From the NCBI GenBank assembly GCA_964467535.1, contig CAYXRT010000001.1, forward strand, positions 86,036 through 150,035: DNA of 64,000 nt. The letters are read 5' to 3'. The stretch comes from an uncultured Desulfurococcales archaeon (GTDB lineage Archaea; Thermoproteota; Thermoprotei_A; Sulfolobales; WANQ01). Shown piece after piece: positions 1-7,946 of the stretch; position 1 is the stretch's first letter; each line of letters begins with the position of its first letter. The position numbers and the translations under genes were made by a program. Under the pieces are notes generated by a model. It ran no database searches and had not been told where the DNA came from. It saw nothing but the letters and a program-made list of their open reading frames with translations.

Positions 1-2
1 AG

Positions 3-155
3 GATTCAGGTAAATGTTATGCTACTCTCATAATTGATGTGTATTACAATAATAAGTTATTTCCTGGATATACGATATTAATCGATCCCATGCTTAAAGG
101 TGTTAAGCCAGTGAATAAAACTATCAGGTTGAGGTATGAAGCTGCAAGAGAATGA
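3..155 (+). CDS. 3' end of an unidentified ORF entering from upstream of the window (partial)
   Basis: Frame open from the window edge to TGA at 153-155 (...KTIRLRYEAARE*). No recognisable motif. Confidence 0.2.
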   Translation, partial: DSGKCYATLIIDVYYNNKLFPGYTILIDPMLKGVKPVNKTIRLRYEAARE

Positions 156-214
156 AGCGCTAAAACTTTAGGAACAGGATAAGCAGTCTTACGGTTTAAT
201 CGATGTAGTTAATG

Positions 215-1903
215 TTAGAAGACTTCTGGTGCTCTCCATTCTCCCCATACTTCTCTTAATACTCCACTTATTTCTCCTAAAGTCGCCTTGGCTTTAATAG
301 CTTCTAGTATATATGGGAATAGATTTACATCTTCTTTTTCAGCAACTTTACCTATTTCATTAAGAAGTCTGCGTACTTTTTCATTATCTCTATTTTCCTT
401 TAACTTCCTTAGTCTATTAACAACTCTTTCTCTAACTATTGGGTCTACTTTAAGTATTTCTATTCTTGGTTCCTCTGGTTCTATGAACATATTCACTCCA
501 ATTATTGGTATTTCTCCTTTCTCTACCTTTAATTGGTATTCGTAAGCAGCCTTAGCTATCTCTCTTTGAGGGTATCCCAGTTCAATAGCCTTAACCATTC
601 CCCCAAGTTTATCAATTTGGTCTATTATTTTCCATGCTCTTTCCTCTATTTCATCTGTTAACCATTCTATATAGTAGGCTCCACCTAAAGGATCAACTGT
701 ATCAACTACACCTGTTTCATAGGCTATTACTTGTTGTACTCTTACTGAGAGCTTTACTGCTTTCTCCGTCGGTAGGCTTAGAGCTTCGTCATAGCTGTTT
801 ACATGTAGGCTTTGCGTTCCACCTAAAACAGCTGCCAGTGCCTGGATTGTCGTCCTTATAATGTTTACTTCTGGTTGTTGAGCTGTTAATGTCACTCCAG
901 CTGTTTGTGTATGAAATCTTAACATCATAGATCTTGGATTTCTTGCTCCGAACCTCTCTTTCATAATTTTAGCCCACATTCGACGTGCTGCTCTAAACTT
1001 TGCTACTTGCTCAAAGAGATTTGTTCTTGCTGCAAAGAAGAATGATATTCTTGGGGCAAATTTATCAACGGACATCCCTCTCCTTACAACCCATTTTACG
1101 TACTCTATTCCATTGGCTAGTGTAAATGCTATTTCTTGAGCTGGTGTAGCTCCTGCTTCTTCAAAGTGATATCCACTTATACTAATGCTATTCCATTTAG
1201 GCATTTCCTTAGCACAAAACATTATCACGTCGGTTGCATACCTCATAGATGGCAATGGCGGATAAATGTAATTCTTTCTTGCAATATATTCTTTTAATAT
1301 ATCATTTTGTACTGTTCCACCCAGAATGCTCTTGGGTATTCCTCTAGATTCAGCTACTGCTATGTACATCGATAATACTTCCATTGTAGTAGCATTTATG
1401 GTCATGGATGTTGTTACTTTATCCATAGGTATTTCCTTAAATACTATATCCATTTCCACTACTGAAGGCATTGATACTCCTACTTTACCTACTTCATACC
1501 ACGCTAATGGATGATCAGGGTCTAGGCCAAGCTGTGTTGGTAGATCAAAAGCTATACTTAATCCTGTTTGACCAATGCTTAACAGATACTTATATCTCTT
1601 ATTAGTGTCTTCAGCTGACCCAAAACCTGCATATTGTCTGATGGTCCATATTCTTCCTCTATACATTGTTGGATAAACTCCACGTGTAAACGGATAAGCT
1701 CCTGGAAAACCTAGCTTTTCAAGATAATCCCAATTCTTTTCCTGGAGATCTAAAGGTGTATATAATCTTTTAACAATAATTCCCTCTTCTGTTAGAAATT
1801 CCCGTTTTCTTTCAGGTATCTTTTTTAGTATTGGTTCGACTACCTCTTTCTCCCATTCTATAAGCTTTTCACGTATTCTCTCTAGAGTTTTAAAATCAAA
1901 CAA
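215..1903 (-). CDS. mcmA: Methylmalonyl-CoA mutase, large (catalytic, N-terminal domain) subunit
   Basis: 562-aa ORF with typical MCM TIM-barrel sequence (YPFTRGVYPTMYRGRIWTIRQYAGFG, TGLSIAFDLPTQLG, NSISISGYH). Sits in an operon with the B12 subunit, epimerase and MeaB. Confidence 0.92.
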   Translation of the reverse strand: MFDFKTLERIREKLIEWEKEVVEPILKKIPERKREFLTEEGIIVKRLYTPLDLQEKNWDYLEKLGFPGAYPFTRGVYPTMYRGRIWTIRQYAGFGSAEDTNKRYKYLLSIGQTGLSIAFDLPTQLGLDPDHPLAWYEVGKVGVSMPSVVEMDIVFKEIPMDKVTTSMTINATTMEVLSMYIAVAESRGIPKSILGGTVQNDILKEYIARKNYIYPPLPSMRYATDVIMFCAKEMPKWNSISISGYHFEEAGATPAQEIAFTLANGIEYVKWVVRRGMSVDKFAPRISFFFAARTNLFEQVAKFRAARRMWAKIMKERFGARNPRSMMLRFHTQTAGVTLTAQQPEVNIIRTTIQALAAVLGGTQSLHVNSYDEALSLPTEKAVKLSVRVQQVIAYETGVVDTVDPLGGAYYIEWLTDEIEERAWKIIDQIDKLGGMVKAIELGYPQREIAKAAYEYQLKVEKGEIPIIGVNMFIEPEEPRIEILKVDPIVRERVVNRLRKLKENRDNEKVRRLLNEIGKVAEKEDVNLFPYILEAIKAKATLGEISGVLREVWGEWRAPEVF

Positions 1904-1906
1904 AAT

Positions 1907-2320
1907 TTACTCACCCTTCCTTTCAACTATTTCAAGTAATACCCCATAAGCAGACTTAGGGTGTATGAAATTTATTATCCTCTTTCCGTGAGCTACTTCT
2001 CTTGGCTGCTCATATACTATCTCAATCCCCTTTTCTTTTAGTTCCTTTATAGCTTTAGCTATATTGTTTACTCTTAGTGCTATGTGATGTAGTCCTTCAC
2101 CTCGCTTTTCAATAAACTTAGCTATAGCACTATCAGGAGCTGTTGCTTGTAAAAGCTCGATATATGTTTCACCTACTTTGAATATAGCTACTTTAACTTT
2201 CTCTTGAGGAACTTCTTCAATTTTTATTAATTCTAAGCCTAGTATGTCTCTATAAAACTTAATAGCTTCATCTAAGCTCTTTACAGCTATACCTAAATGA
2301 TCTACTTTTAATATTTTCAT
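1907..2320 (-). CDS. mce: Methylmalonyl-CoA epimerase (glyoxalase/VOC fold)
   Basis: 137 aa. The start (KVDHLGIAVKSLDEAIKFY) and the LHHIAL motif are typical of VOC-family epimerases. Lies between the two mutase subunits. Confidence 0.85.
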   Translation of the reverse strand: MKILKVDHLGIAVKSLDEAIKFYRDILGLELIKIEEVPQEKVKVAIFKVGETYIELLQATAPDSAIAKFIEKRGEGLHHIALRVNNIAKAIKELKEKGIEIVYEQPREVAHGKRIINFIHPKSAYGVLLEIVERKGE

Positions 2321-2322
2321 AA

Positions 2323-2808
2323 TTAGACCCCTTTCTCGGCTTTACGTTTCTCTATGGCTAGCTTGTATACGTCTTCTATTATTTTCCTCAGTGAGGTTCC
2401 AGGTCCATGTACCACTGCAATACCTATTCTTTTCAATATAGGTATATCAGATGGCGGTATAATTCCTCCAAAAAGTATCGGTATCTTCAATCCCTTCTCT
2501 TTCACAAGCTTAGCTAAGTCTTGAGCAAATTCAATGTGTGAGCCAGATAATATGCTTATGCCTATAACATCAACGTCCTCTTCAATTGCTGTACGTATTA
2601 CACTCTCAGGTGTTTGATGAACACCTAAATATACTACATCAAAACCAGCGTCCCTTAGTGCTCTAGCAATAACCTTAGCTCCTCTATCATGTCCGTCAAG
2701 GCCTATTTTAGCTATTAAAACCTTAATTCTCCTGCCTCCTATAACAGGGTCTACTTTTACTCTAAGCTCCTTACATATATCAATAGACATTGATTCTGCA
2801 GGCAACAT
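2323..2808 (-). CDS. mcmB: Methylmalonyl-CoA mutase, small B12-binding subunit
   Basis: Cobalamin-binding signature [25 protein letters not shown] (DxHxxG). 161 aa. Confidence 0.9.
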   Translation of the reverse strand: MLPAESMSIDICKELRVKVDPVIGGRRIKVLIAKIGLDGHDRGAKVIARALRDAGFDVVYLGVHQTPESVIRTAIEEDVDVIGISILSGSHIEFAQDLAKLVKEKGLKIPILFGGIIPPSDIPILKRIGIAVVHGPGTSLRKIIEDVYKLAIEKRKAEKGV

Positions 2809-2874
2809 ATCACCATTGTATAAAGTTATAGATCCATAACACTACACTATTGGAGTGAAGTAATAAGGTATACT

Positions 2875-4518
2875 TTAATTATTTTTATGAATTTTATTAA
2901 CTTCCTCCTCTAATATTTTCCTTGCTTTTTCGAGAAGTGGAGGATTTAATACAAAACCGGGAATGAAAGGTATCTGGGCTTCCCTTTTACATGCACGTTT
3001 TACAATTTTACTTGAACCATAGTTAAGGTATCCATTGATGAAACTTCTAATGAGTTCCTCTGCTATTCTTGGTTTATTATATAATTTAAAAAATGTAAAG
3101 TAGGTAAATTCAGCTATATCCCATGCCATCACGTTTTCATTCTCAGTACTTCTCGCTTGTTCTAAATCAACTAGATATACATACTTTGAATCGTTTGAAA
3201 TGATAAAGTTATCTGGCTTGCAGTCACCTATGGCATATCCTTTACTATGTATTATTGCAAGTACCTCACCTACCCTGTAAAATTCCTTGGGTCTTATAAT
3301 TACTTCCTTAGTTTTTACCATTATCCCTGGAAGTAGAGATAGCCCTTGAATAAATTCCCTAATTAAGATCTTTTTAGATAAATGAACGCCTAAAATCCTT
3401 GGTGTTAGTATATTGTTCTTAGCATCTCTTAACCTTAACATGAAATGATATTCTCTACATAATCTTTCAATAGCATCTAAATAGAAGTCTATTGCTGTTC
3501 TCCCGAGCACTTCAACTATAAACCATTTAAATGCTGATAATGAGGCATACTCCTTTATGACTATAGGATATTTCTCACCATTCTTTTCTATTTCATATAT
3601 TACTGCAGTATATATTCCTGTTCTACGCTTATCTATAATCCTAGCTTTACACCCTTCACCACATAATGACTTGAGTAATTCATTAAGCCACTTGCTTCCT
3701 TTTAATATAATTCCTTCCTTTAACTTTAGGAGTATTTCAGGATACTTAAGCTCTTCAGGGACCTCATACCTTCTTCTCTTTACCTTTGAAGTTATCTCGA
3801 ATGTTATATGTGAAATCTCTGGTAGCCCAGCATACGCATGCGCTAAATAAGAGGCAATGCCTTTAATTAATAGTGATGCTATATTTAGTACCTTATCTAC
3901 TACATTGATTTTCTTTGAGGTCTTTAGTTTAACATAGTCTTCATTTATATACTCTAATATTCCTTCATCTATGAGTTTATTTATTATATCCTTATATTCG
4001 TTTCTAAGTCTCTCACGAATTCTCGGCGTATTAAGCAGTTTTGAATAGCTATACTTTAAAGGTGTATACAACTGAGCTCTTATTCTCATCTTTCTTATCG
4101 GGAAGTATTCTATTGGTACTTCTATGTCTTCGTTCATAACGCTTAGTTTAGCTAGATCATTTACTCCTTCAAGAACTATTCTATACCTATATAATGTTAC
4201 AATGTTTCTTGCTTTGCCTTTATCGTATATTATCTCTATGGGAGCTAATAGCCTTCCTGCAATGAATTCGCCCAAGAAGCCAAAGCTTGCATCAAGTACT
4301 ATTAGTTTGTCATTGGTAATCAGAAGTGCCAATTTTGTCTTATTGAAGTCTTTATAATAGTATCTTAATCCGTAGGGGTACTTAGGCACTATGACTAAGA
4401 CATCGTAGTCGCTATCAGGTCTAGCATATCCTCCTATCCTAGATCCATATAATATTATCCCTTCAGCATTAGGATATAATTCGAGCACAGTTGTTATTAT
4501 CTTGTTATATTCGCTCAT
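2875..4518 (-). CDS. Fusion protein: N-terminal minimal (Pol-beta type) nucleotidyltransferase plus C-terminal RIO/Bud32/Kdo-like atypical protein kinase domain
   Basis: N-terminus LYGSRIGGYARPDSDYDVLVIV matches the GS...DxD NTase motif. C-terminus has IVIKEY (Lys), GDCKPDNFII (catalytic loop D-x-K-P-x-N) and LVDLEQA (DFG-equivalent). Confidence 0.6.
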   Translation of the reverse strand: MSEYNKIITTVLELYPNAEGIILYGSRIGGYARPDSDYDVLVIVPKYPYGLRYYYKDFNKTKLALLITNDKLIVLDASFGFLGEFIAGRLLAPIEIIYDKGKARNIVTLYRYRIVLEGVNDLAKLSVMNEDIEVPIEYFPIRKMRIRAQLYTPLKYSYSKLLNTPRIRERLRNEYKDIINKLIDEGILEYINEDYVKLKTSKKINVVDKVLNIASLLIKGIASYLAHAYAGLPEISHITFEITSKVKRRRYEVPEELKYPEILLKLKEGIILKGSKWLNELLKSLCGEGCKARIIDKRRTGIYTAVIYEIEKNGEKYPIVIKEYASLSAFKWFIVEVLGRTAIDFYLDAIERLCREYHFMLRLRDAKNNILTPRILGVHLSKKILIREFIQGLSLLPGIMVKTKEVIIRPKEFYRVGEVLAIIHSKGYAIGDCKPDNFIISNDSKYVYLVDLEQARSTENENVMAWDIAEFTYFTFFKLYNKPRIAEELIRSFINGYLNYGSSKIVKRACKREAQIPFIPGFVLNPPLLEKARKILEEEVNKIHKNN

Positions 4519-4528
4519 ATCATATCAG

Positions 4529-5445
4529 CTACTTTACTCTTATACCTAACTTCTCCGCCACATAGTATATCATTCCTAATACACAGTTATATCCACTACC
4601 CTTAGATAAGGGATTATTCTCCCTAATTGTAACAATATATTTGAGATCCTCGTCTACTTCAAGCATCTTCCTATATACTTCATCAGCACTATAAATACCT
4701 GATTTAAGTAAATTACTTATTATGTCTTCCCATTCAATTATCTTCGCTATAGCTTTGTTAATTACCTTATTTGCAGGTTCATCACAGACTCCAAAGTGGG
4801 TGACCATTATCTTGCCTGCATTTTCTATAAGAAGTCTCTTAAGACTCTCTTTAGCTTTATCTCCATCAAACATTGGTACAGCTACTGGTATTAACCTTCT
4901 ATCATAATATAATCCTATGGCATCTCCTGTTATAAGAACATTATACATAATCCTATCTGATAAGATAATGATAGTGGATCCAGGACCCAATATATGTATA
5001 AGAAATCTCATAGACAACCTTATAAGTTACGATTGAACATGGACAAAGTATCATATATAGCCTTAACACACATCCATATAGATCATGGTGGAGGAACAAG
5101 TCTATTAATATCAAATTTAGGGGCAAAGCCAAAGGTAATAGTACATCCTAAGGGAGCCAAGCATATAATTAATCCTGAAAAGCTTTGGAAAGCAGGTCTA
5201 GCTGTTTTAAAAGATATAGCAATAACTATGGGAAAACCCGAGCCAGTACCTTCGGACCTAGTTTATAGTATAAATGATAATGAAGTCATAGATTTAGGCA
5301 ATGTAAAGGTTAAAGCAATATACACACCAGGGCATACTCCTCATCATGTATGTTACTTAGTTAAACCAGAAGATGCAAGTACACGTTTATATCCTTGTGG
5401 TTCAGGGTCCAATAGTAATATGTGTTCTGATACTTCTTTTAACAT
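4529..5445 (-). pseudogene. MBL-fold metallo-hydrolase disrupted by an internal 420-bp inversion (4955-5374) plus a 1-nt frameshift
   Basis: The first 23 codons (MLKEVSEHILLLDPEPQGYKRVL) are on the minus strand at 5445-5377. The next parts are on the PLUS strand at 4956-5374: SDKIMIVDPGPNICIRNLIDNL, then ...ALTHIHIDHGGG...TPGHTPHHVCYLVKPED. The C-terminal half is on the minus strand from 4954 (RIMYNVLITGDAIG...MVTHFG...). The ORF-track entries 4529..5017(-) and 4994..5461(+) are fragments of this one gene. Confidence 0.8.
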
Positions 5446-5457
5446 GTCTACTCTCCC

Positions 5458-6414
5458 TTAATGTACTATTGTTATGAATTCAAAAATCTTCTTTGATGCT
5501 GTTATAGGATCTATAAGCCCCTGTAGAACTTTATCTATTATTTCTCTAACTTCATTCCTGTTAGTTATTAACTCCTTAATTCTCTCCTTGAGCCTCCATT
5601 TTAGTAGAAGATCTAGTTCAAATTTTCTTCTTCTTTTTCTTCTCTTGGTTAATTGATTAGTTTTTATTAAGTATTCCATGTGTTCTATCACTTTATTAAT
5701 AACGTCTTTTATACCCTTATTCATTATTGCAGCAGTTAATAATATTGGAGGCTTCCATCCCTCTCGTATAATACCCTCTAATGCAAATTTAACTTGGCTT
5801 AGTGTCAGCTCTGCTTCAGGTTTATCAGCTTTATTTATGACATATATATCTCCTATTTCCATAAGACCAGACTTTATCGCTTGTATTTCATCACCTGCTC
5901 CTGGCATTAATACTACTATAACTGTGTCTACGGCATTCATTATCTGTATATCTGATTGTCCTGCCCCCGTGGTTTCAACAATAATGTAATTGTATCCTAC
6001 TGCATCAAGTATCTCTATTGATAACAACGCTTTCAACGGTAATGATCCTTCACTTAATGACGTCATACTTCTCATAAATACGTTATCTCCTAATACACTT
6101 TGAAGTCTTATACGATCTCCTAATATAGAACCTCCAGTTAATGGACTTGAAGGGTCTATTCCTATGATGGCTATCTTTTTATTCATTTTCTTTAAGATCC
6201 TTGTCATAGACGCAATTAATGTACTCTTACCGGCTCCCACTAATCCTGTAACACCTACAACATGTGCCTGTCCTGTTCTAGGCCAGATGAGATCAATTAT
6301 GTTTAATAATACATCTGGATTAACTTCTATTAATGATATCAGCTTTGATAATGATCCTACATCTCCATCTAATGCACTACTAAGTAATGACTCTACGCTA
6401 CTTCGTATAGTCAT
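5458..6414 (-). CDS. meaB: MeaB/ArgK-type methylmalonyl-CoA mutase-associated GTPase (G3E family)
   Basis: P-loop GVTGLVGAGKST, switch motif VETTGAGQ and NKADK guanine-specificity motif. Heads the mcm operon. Confidence 0.88.
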   Translation of the reverse strand: MTIRSSVESLLSSALDGDVGSLSKLISLIEVNPDVLLNIIDLIWPRTGQAHVVGVTGLVGAGKSTLIASMTRILKKMNKKIAIIGIDPSSPLTGGSILGDRIRLQSVLGDNVFMRSMTSLSEGSLPLKALLSIEILDAVGYNYIIVETTGAGQSDIQIMNAVDTVIVVLMPGAGDEIQAIKSGLMEIGDIYVINKADKPEAELTLSQVKFALEGIIREGWKPPILLTAAIMNKGIKDVINKVIEHMEYLIKTNQLTKRRKRRRKFELDLLLKWRLKERIKELITNRNEVREIIDKVLQGLIDPITASKKIFEFITIVH

Positions 6415-6505
6415 TTATTCTTCCCAGGTTGCGACTATATACTTAGCATTCAAACTTAAACTTTATGTACCTAGACATCAGCTTATCTAAATAGGTTCGA
6501 CTAGC

Positions 6506-7330
6506 ATGTGTAGATTTATAAGCTTCAAAATTAGTGAACCAAGATATTTTAATTACATAGCGTATAGTCTTTCATATATTTCGCTTATAGATCCATTACT
6601 TCCTATAAAAGTACCTAATGTTCCGAGTCACGTAGATGGATGGGGGTTAAGCGCATATGATTCACATGGGATTCTTACTACTTTTAAATCAAGTAGACCA
6701 TTCTACTTAGACATAAGAAGAGTCCTAAGAATTCTTGAGGATTTAGAACCACCGATATATGGCTTAATACATATTCGTAGAGCTAGCACTGATCAACCTA
6801 TAGGAGCTGTTCACTCTCATCCCTATATTGGTGAAGTTAATGGAGCTCTCATATTAATGGCACATAATGGGGGATTAAATAAGGAGCTAATAAAGAAGTA
6901 TTATAATTTAGATATTAATGTTAATGAAGTCACCGACTCGTATGTTTACTTTTACCTATTATTGAAAACGTATAAGAATATAGGTGATATTCTTACATCC
7001 ATCGAGAATATTATTAAAGGACTAATATCTATCAATGCTGTAAAATTAAAGTATGGGGGAACTCTAAGAGAATCAAGCTTGAACGCAGTATTATTATTCA
7101 TTAAAGATGATAGACCAATAATATACGTCATTGAAGATTGGAAGCATCTTCGAGGAGAGCTTAGAAAGTATTATAGAATTTTAACATTAGCTAAAGACAA
7201 GAACGTGATTATATGTTCAAGTAGTATTGCTGAAAGGCTAAGGAACTTCGGATTTACTGACTATAAACCTGATGTTGTTAGAGAGGTATGTACTGACAAC
7301 AGACTTGTTAGGATACTAGCTATTAAGTAA
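6506..7330 (+). CDS. Class II (Ntn) glutamine amidotransferase-like protein (YafJ/EgtC-like)
   Basis: N-terminal MCRF (catalytic Cys2), DGWG, HIRRAS...HPY and AHNGGL motifs. Confidence 0.6.
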   Translation: MCRFISFKISEPRYFNYIAYSLSYISLIDPLLPIKVPNVPSHVDGWGLSAYDSHGILTTFKSSRPFYLDIRRVLRILEDLEPPIYGLIHIRRASTDQPIGAVHSHPYIGEVNGALILMAHNGGLNKELIKKYYNLDINVNEVTDSYVYFYLLLKTYKNIGDILTSIENIIKGLISINAVKLKYGGTLRESSLNAVLLFIKDDRPIIYVIEDWKHLRGELRKYYRILTLAKDKNVIICSSSIAERLRNFGFTDYKPDVVREVCTDNRLVRILAIK

Positions 7331-7338
7331 ATAGTCTT

Positions 7339-7797
7339 TCATGCATACAGTGATGGCATCGCCTGAAATCTTGAAATATACATAGTCATTAGAGCTTCTA
7401 ATAGTCTTTCTAAATCAAATATTATACTACGACGGCTACCCTCTTTTCTTATGAGAATAAACGTCTCTTTATCCTTCATAAGCAGGAGAGCTCTCCATTC
7501 AACACTCATACCGTAAATTTTGGTTACCAATACGTATAAATTCCTTCCAGGTCGATGTATGAAATTAATTACGTATACTGATGAATATTTAGGAATACAA
7601 TATATATCTCCGTAAACTCTTACTTCACTTAATGGTATAGGCTTAAACTCCTCAGTTAAGAAGATGTAATCATTTATTGTAAGACTATAACACACTTCCT
7701 TTAATCCTATATCGCTAATTAGCTCACATCCCCGTTTTACATATTGTTCTTGAACAAGAGCTTTACATTCATATTCTAAGTCTATGATCTTAACCAC
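7339..7797 (-). CDS. Hypothetical protein
   Basis: 152-aa ORF filling the gap between flanking genes. No recognisable motif. Confidence 0.4.
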   Translation of the reverse strand: MVKIIDLEYECKALVQEQYVKRGCELISDIGLKEVCYSLTINDYIFLTEEFKPIPLSEVRVYGDIYCIPKYSSVYVINFIHRPGRNLYVLVTKIYGMSVEWRALLLMKDKETFILIRKEGSRRSIIFDLERLLEALMTMYISRFQAMPSLYA

Positions 7798-7946
7798 TGC
7801 TTATCCCTAAATAATATTTACTCACATAAACCAATATTTAGTGTGAGATAAAATAAAATTATTTGCAAGCATTTGTATGAAGAGACACCAATACATATAT
7901 CGTGAAAAGAGAATAAAATATTCGTCTAAGTTGACTTAAATTTGCG

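Noticed and set aside
5028-5036. Programmed -1 ribosomal frameshift in the MBL segment (and similarly near 15464-15490 in tnpB)
   Set aside because: There is no slippery heptamer or downstream structure, and both genes carry additional independent lesions (an inversion and an insertion). These are treated as indel mutations or sequencing errors.
4974-5430. Apparent degenerate direct repeat (GTGGATCCAGGACCCAATA... at 4974 versus GTGGTTCAGGGTCCAATA... at 5395), suggesting a duplication
   Set aside because: The core is itself near-palindromic, and both copies encode similar short hydrophobic-DPxP strand motifs of the same protein on opposite strands. The 420-bp inversion model explains the gene structure without invoking a duplication. 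The similarity is too short and degenerate to support more.
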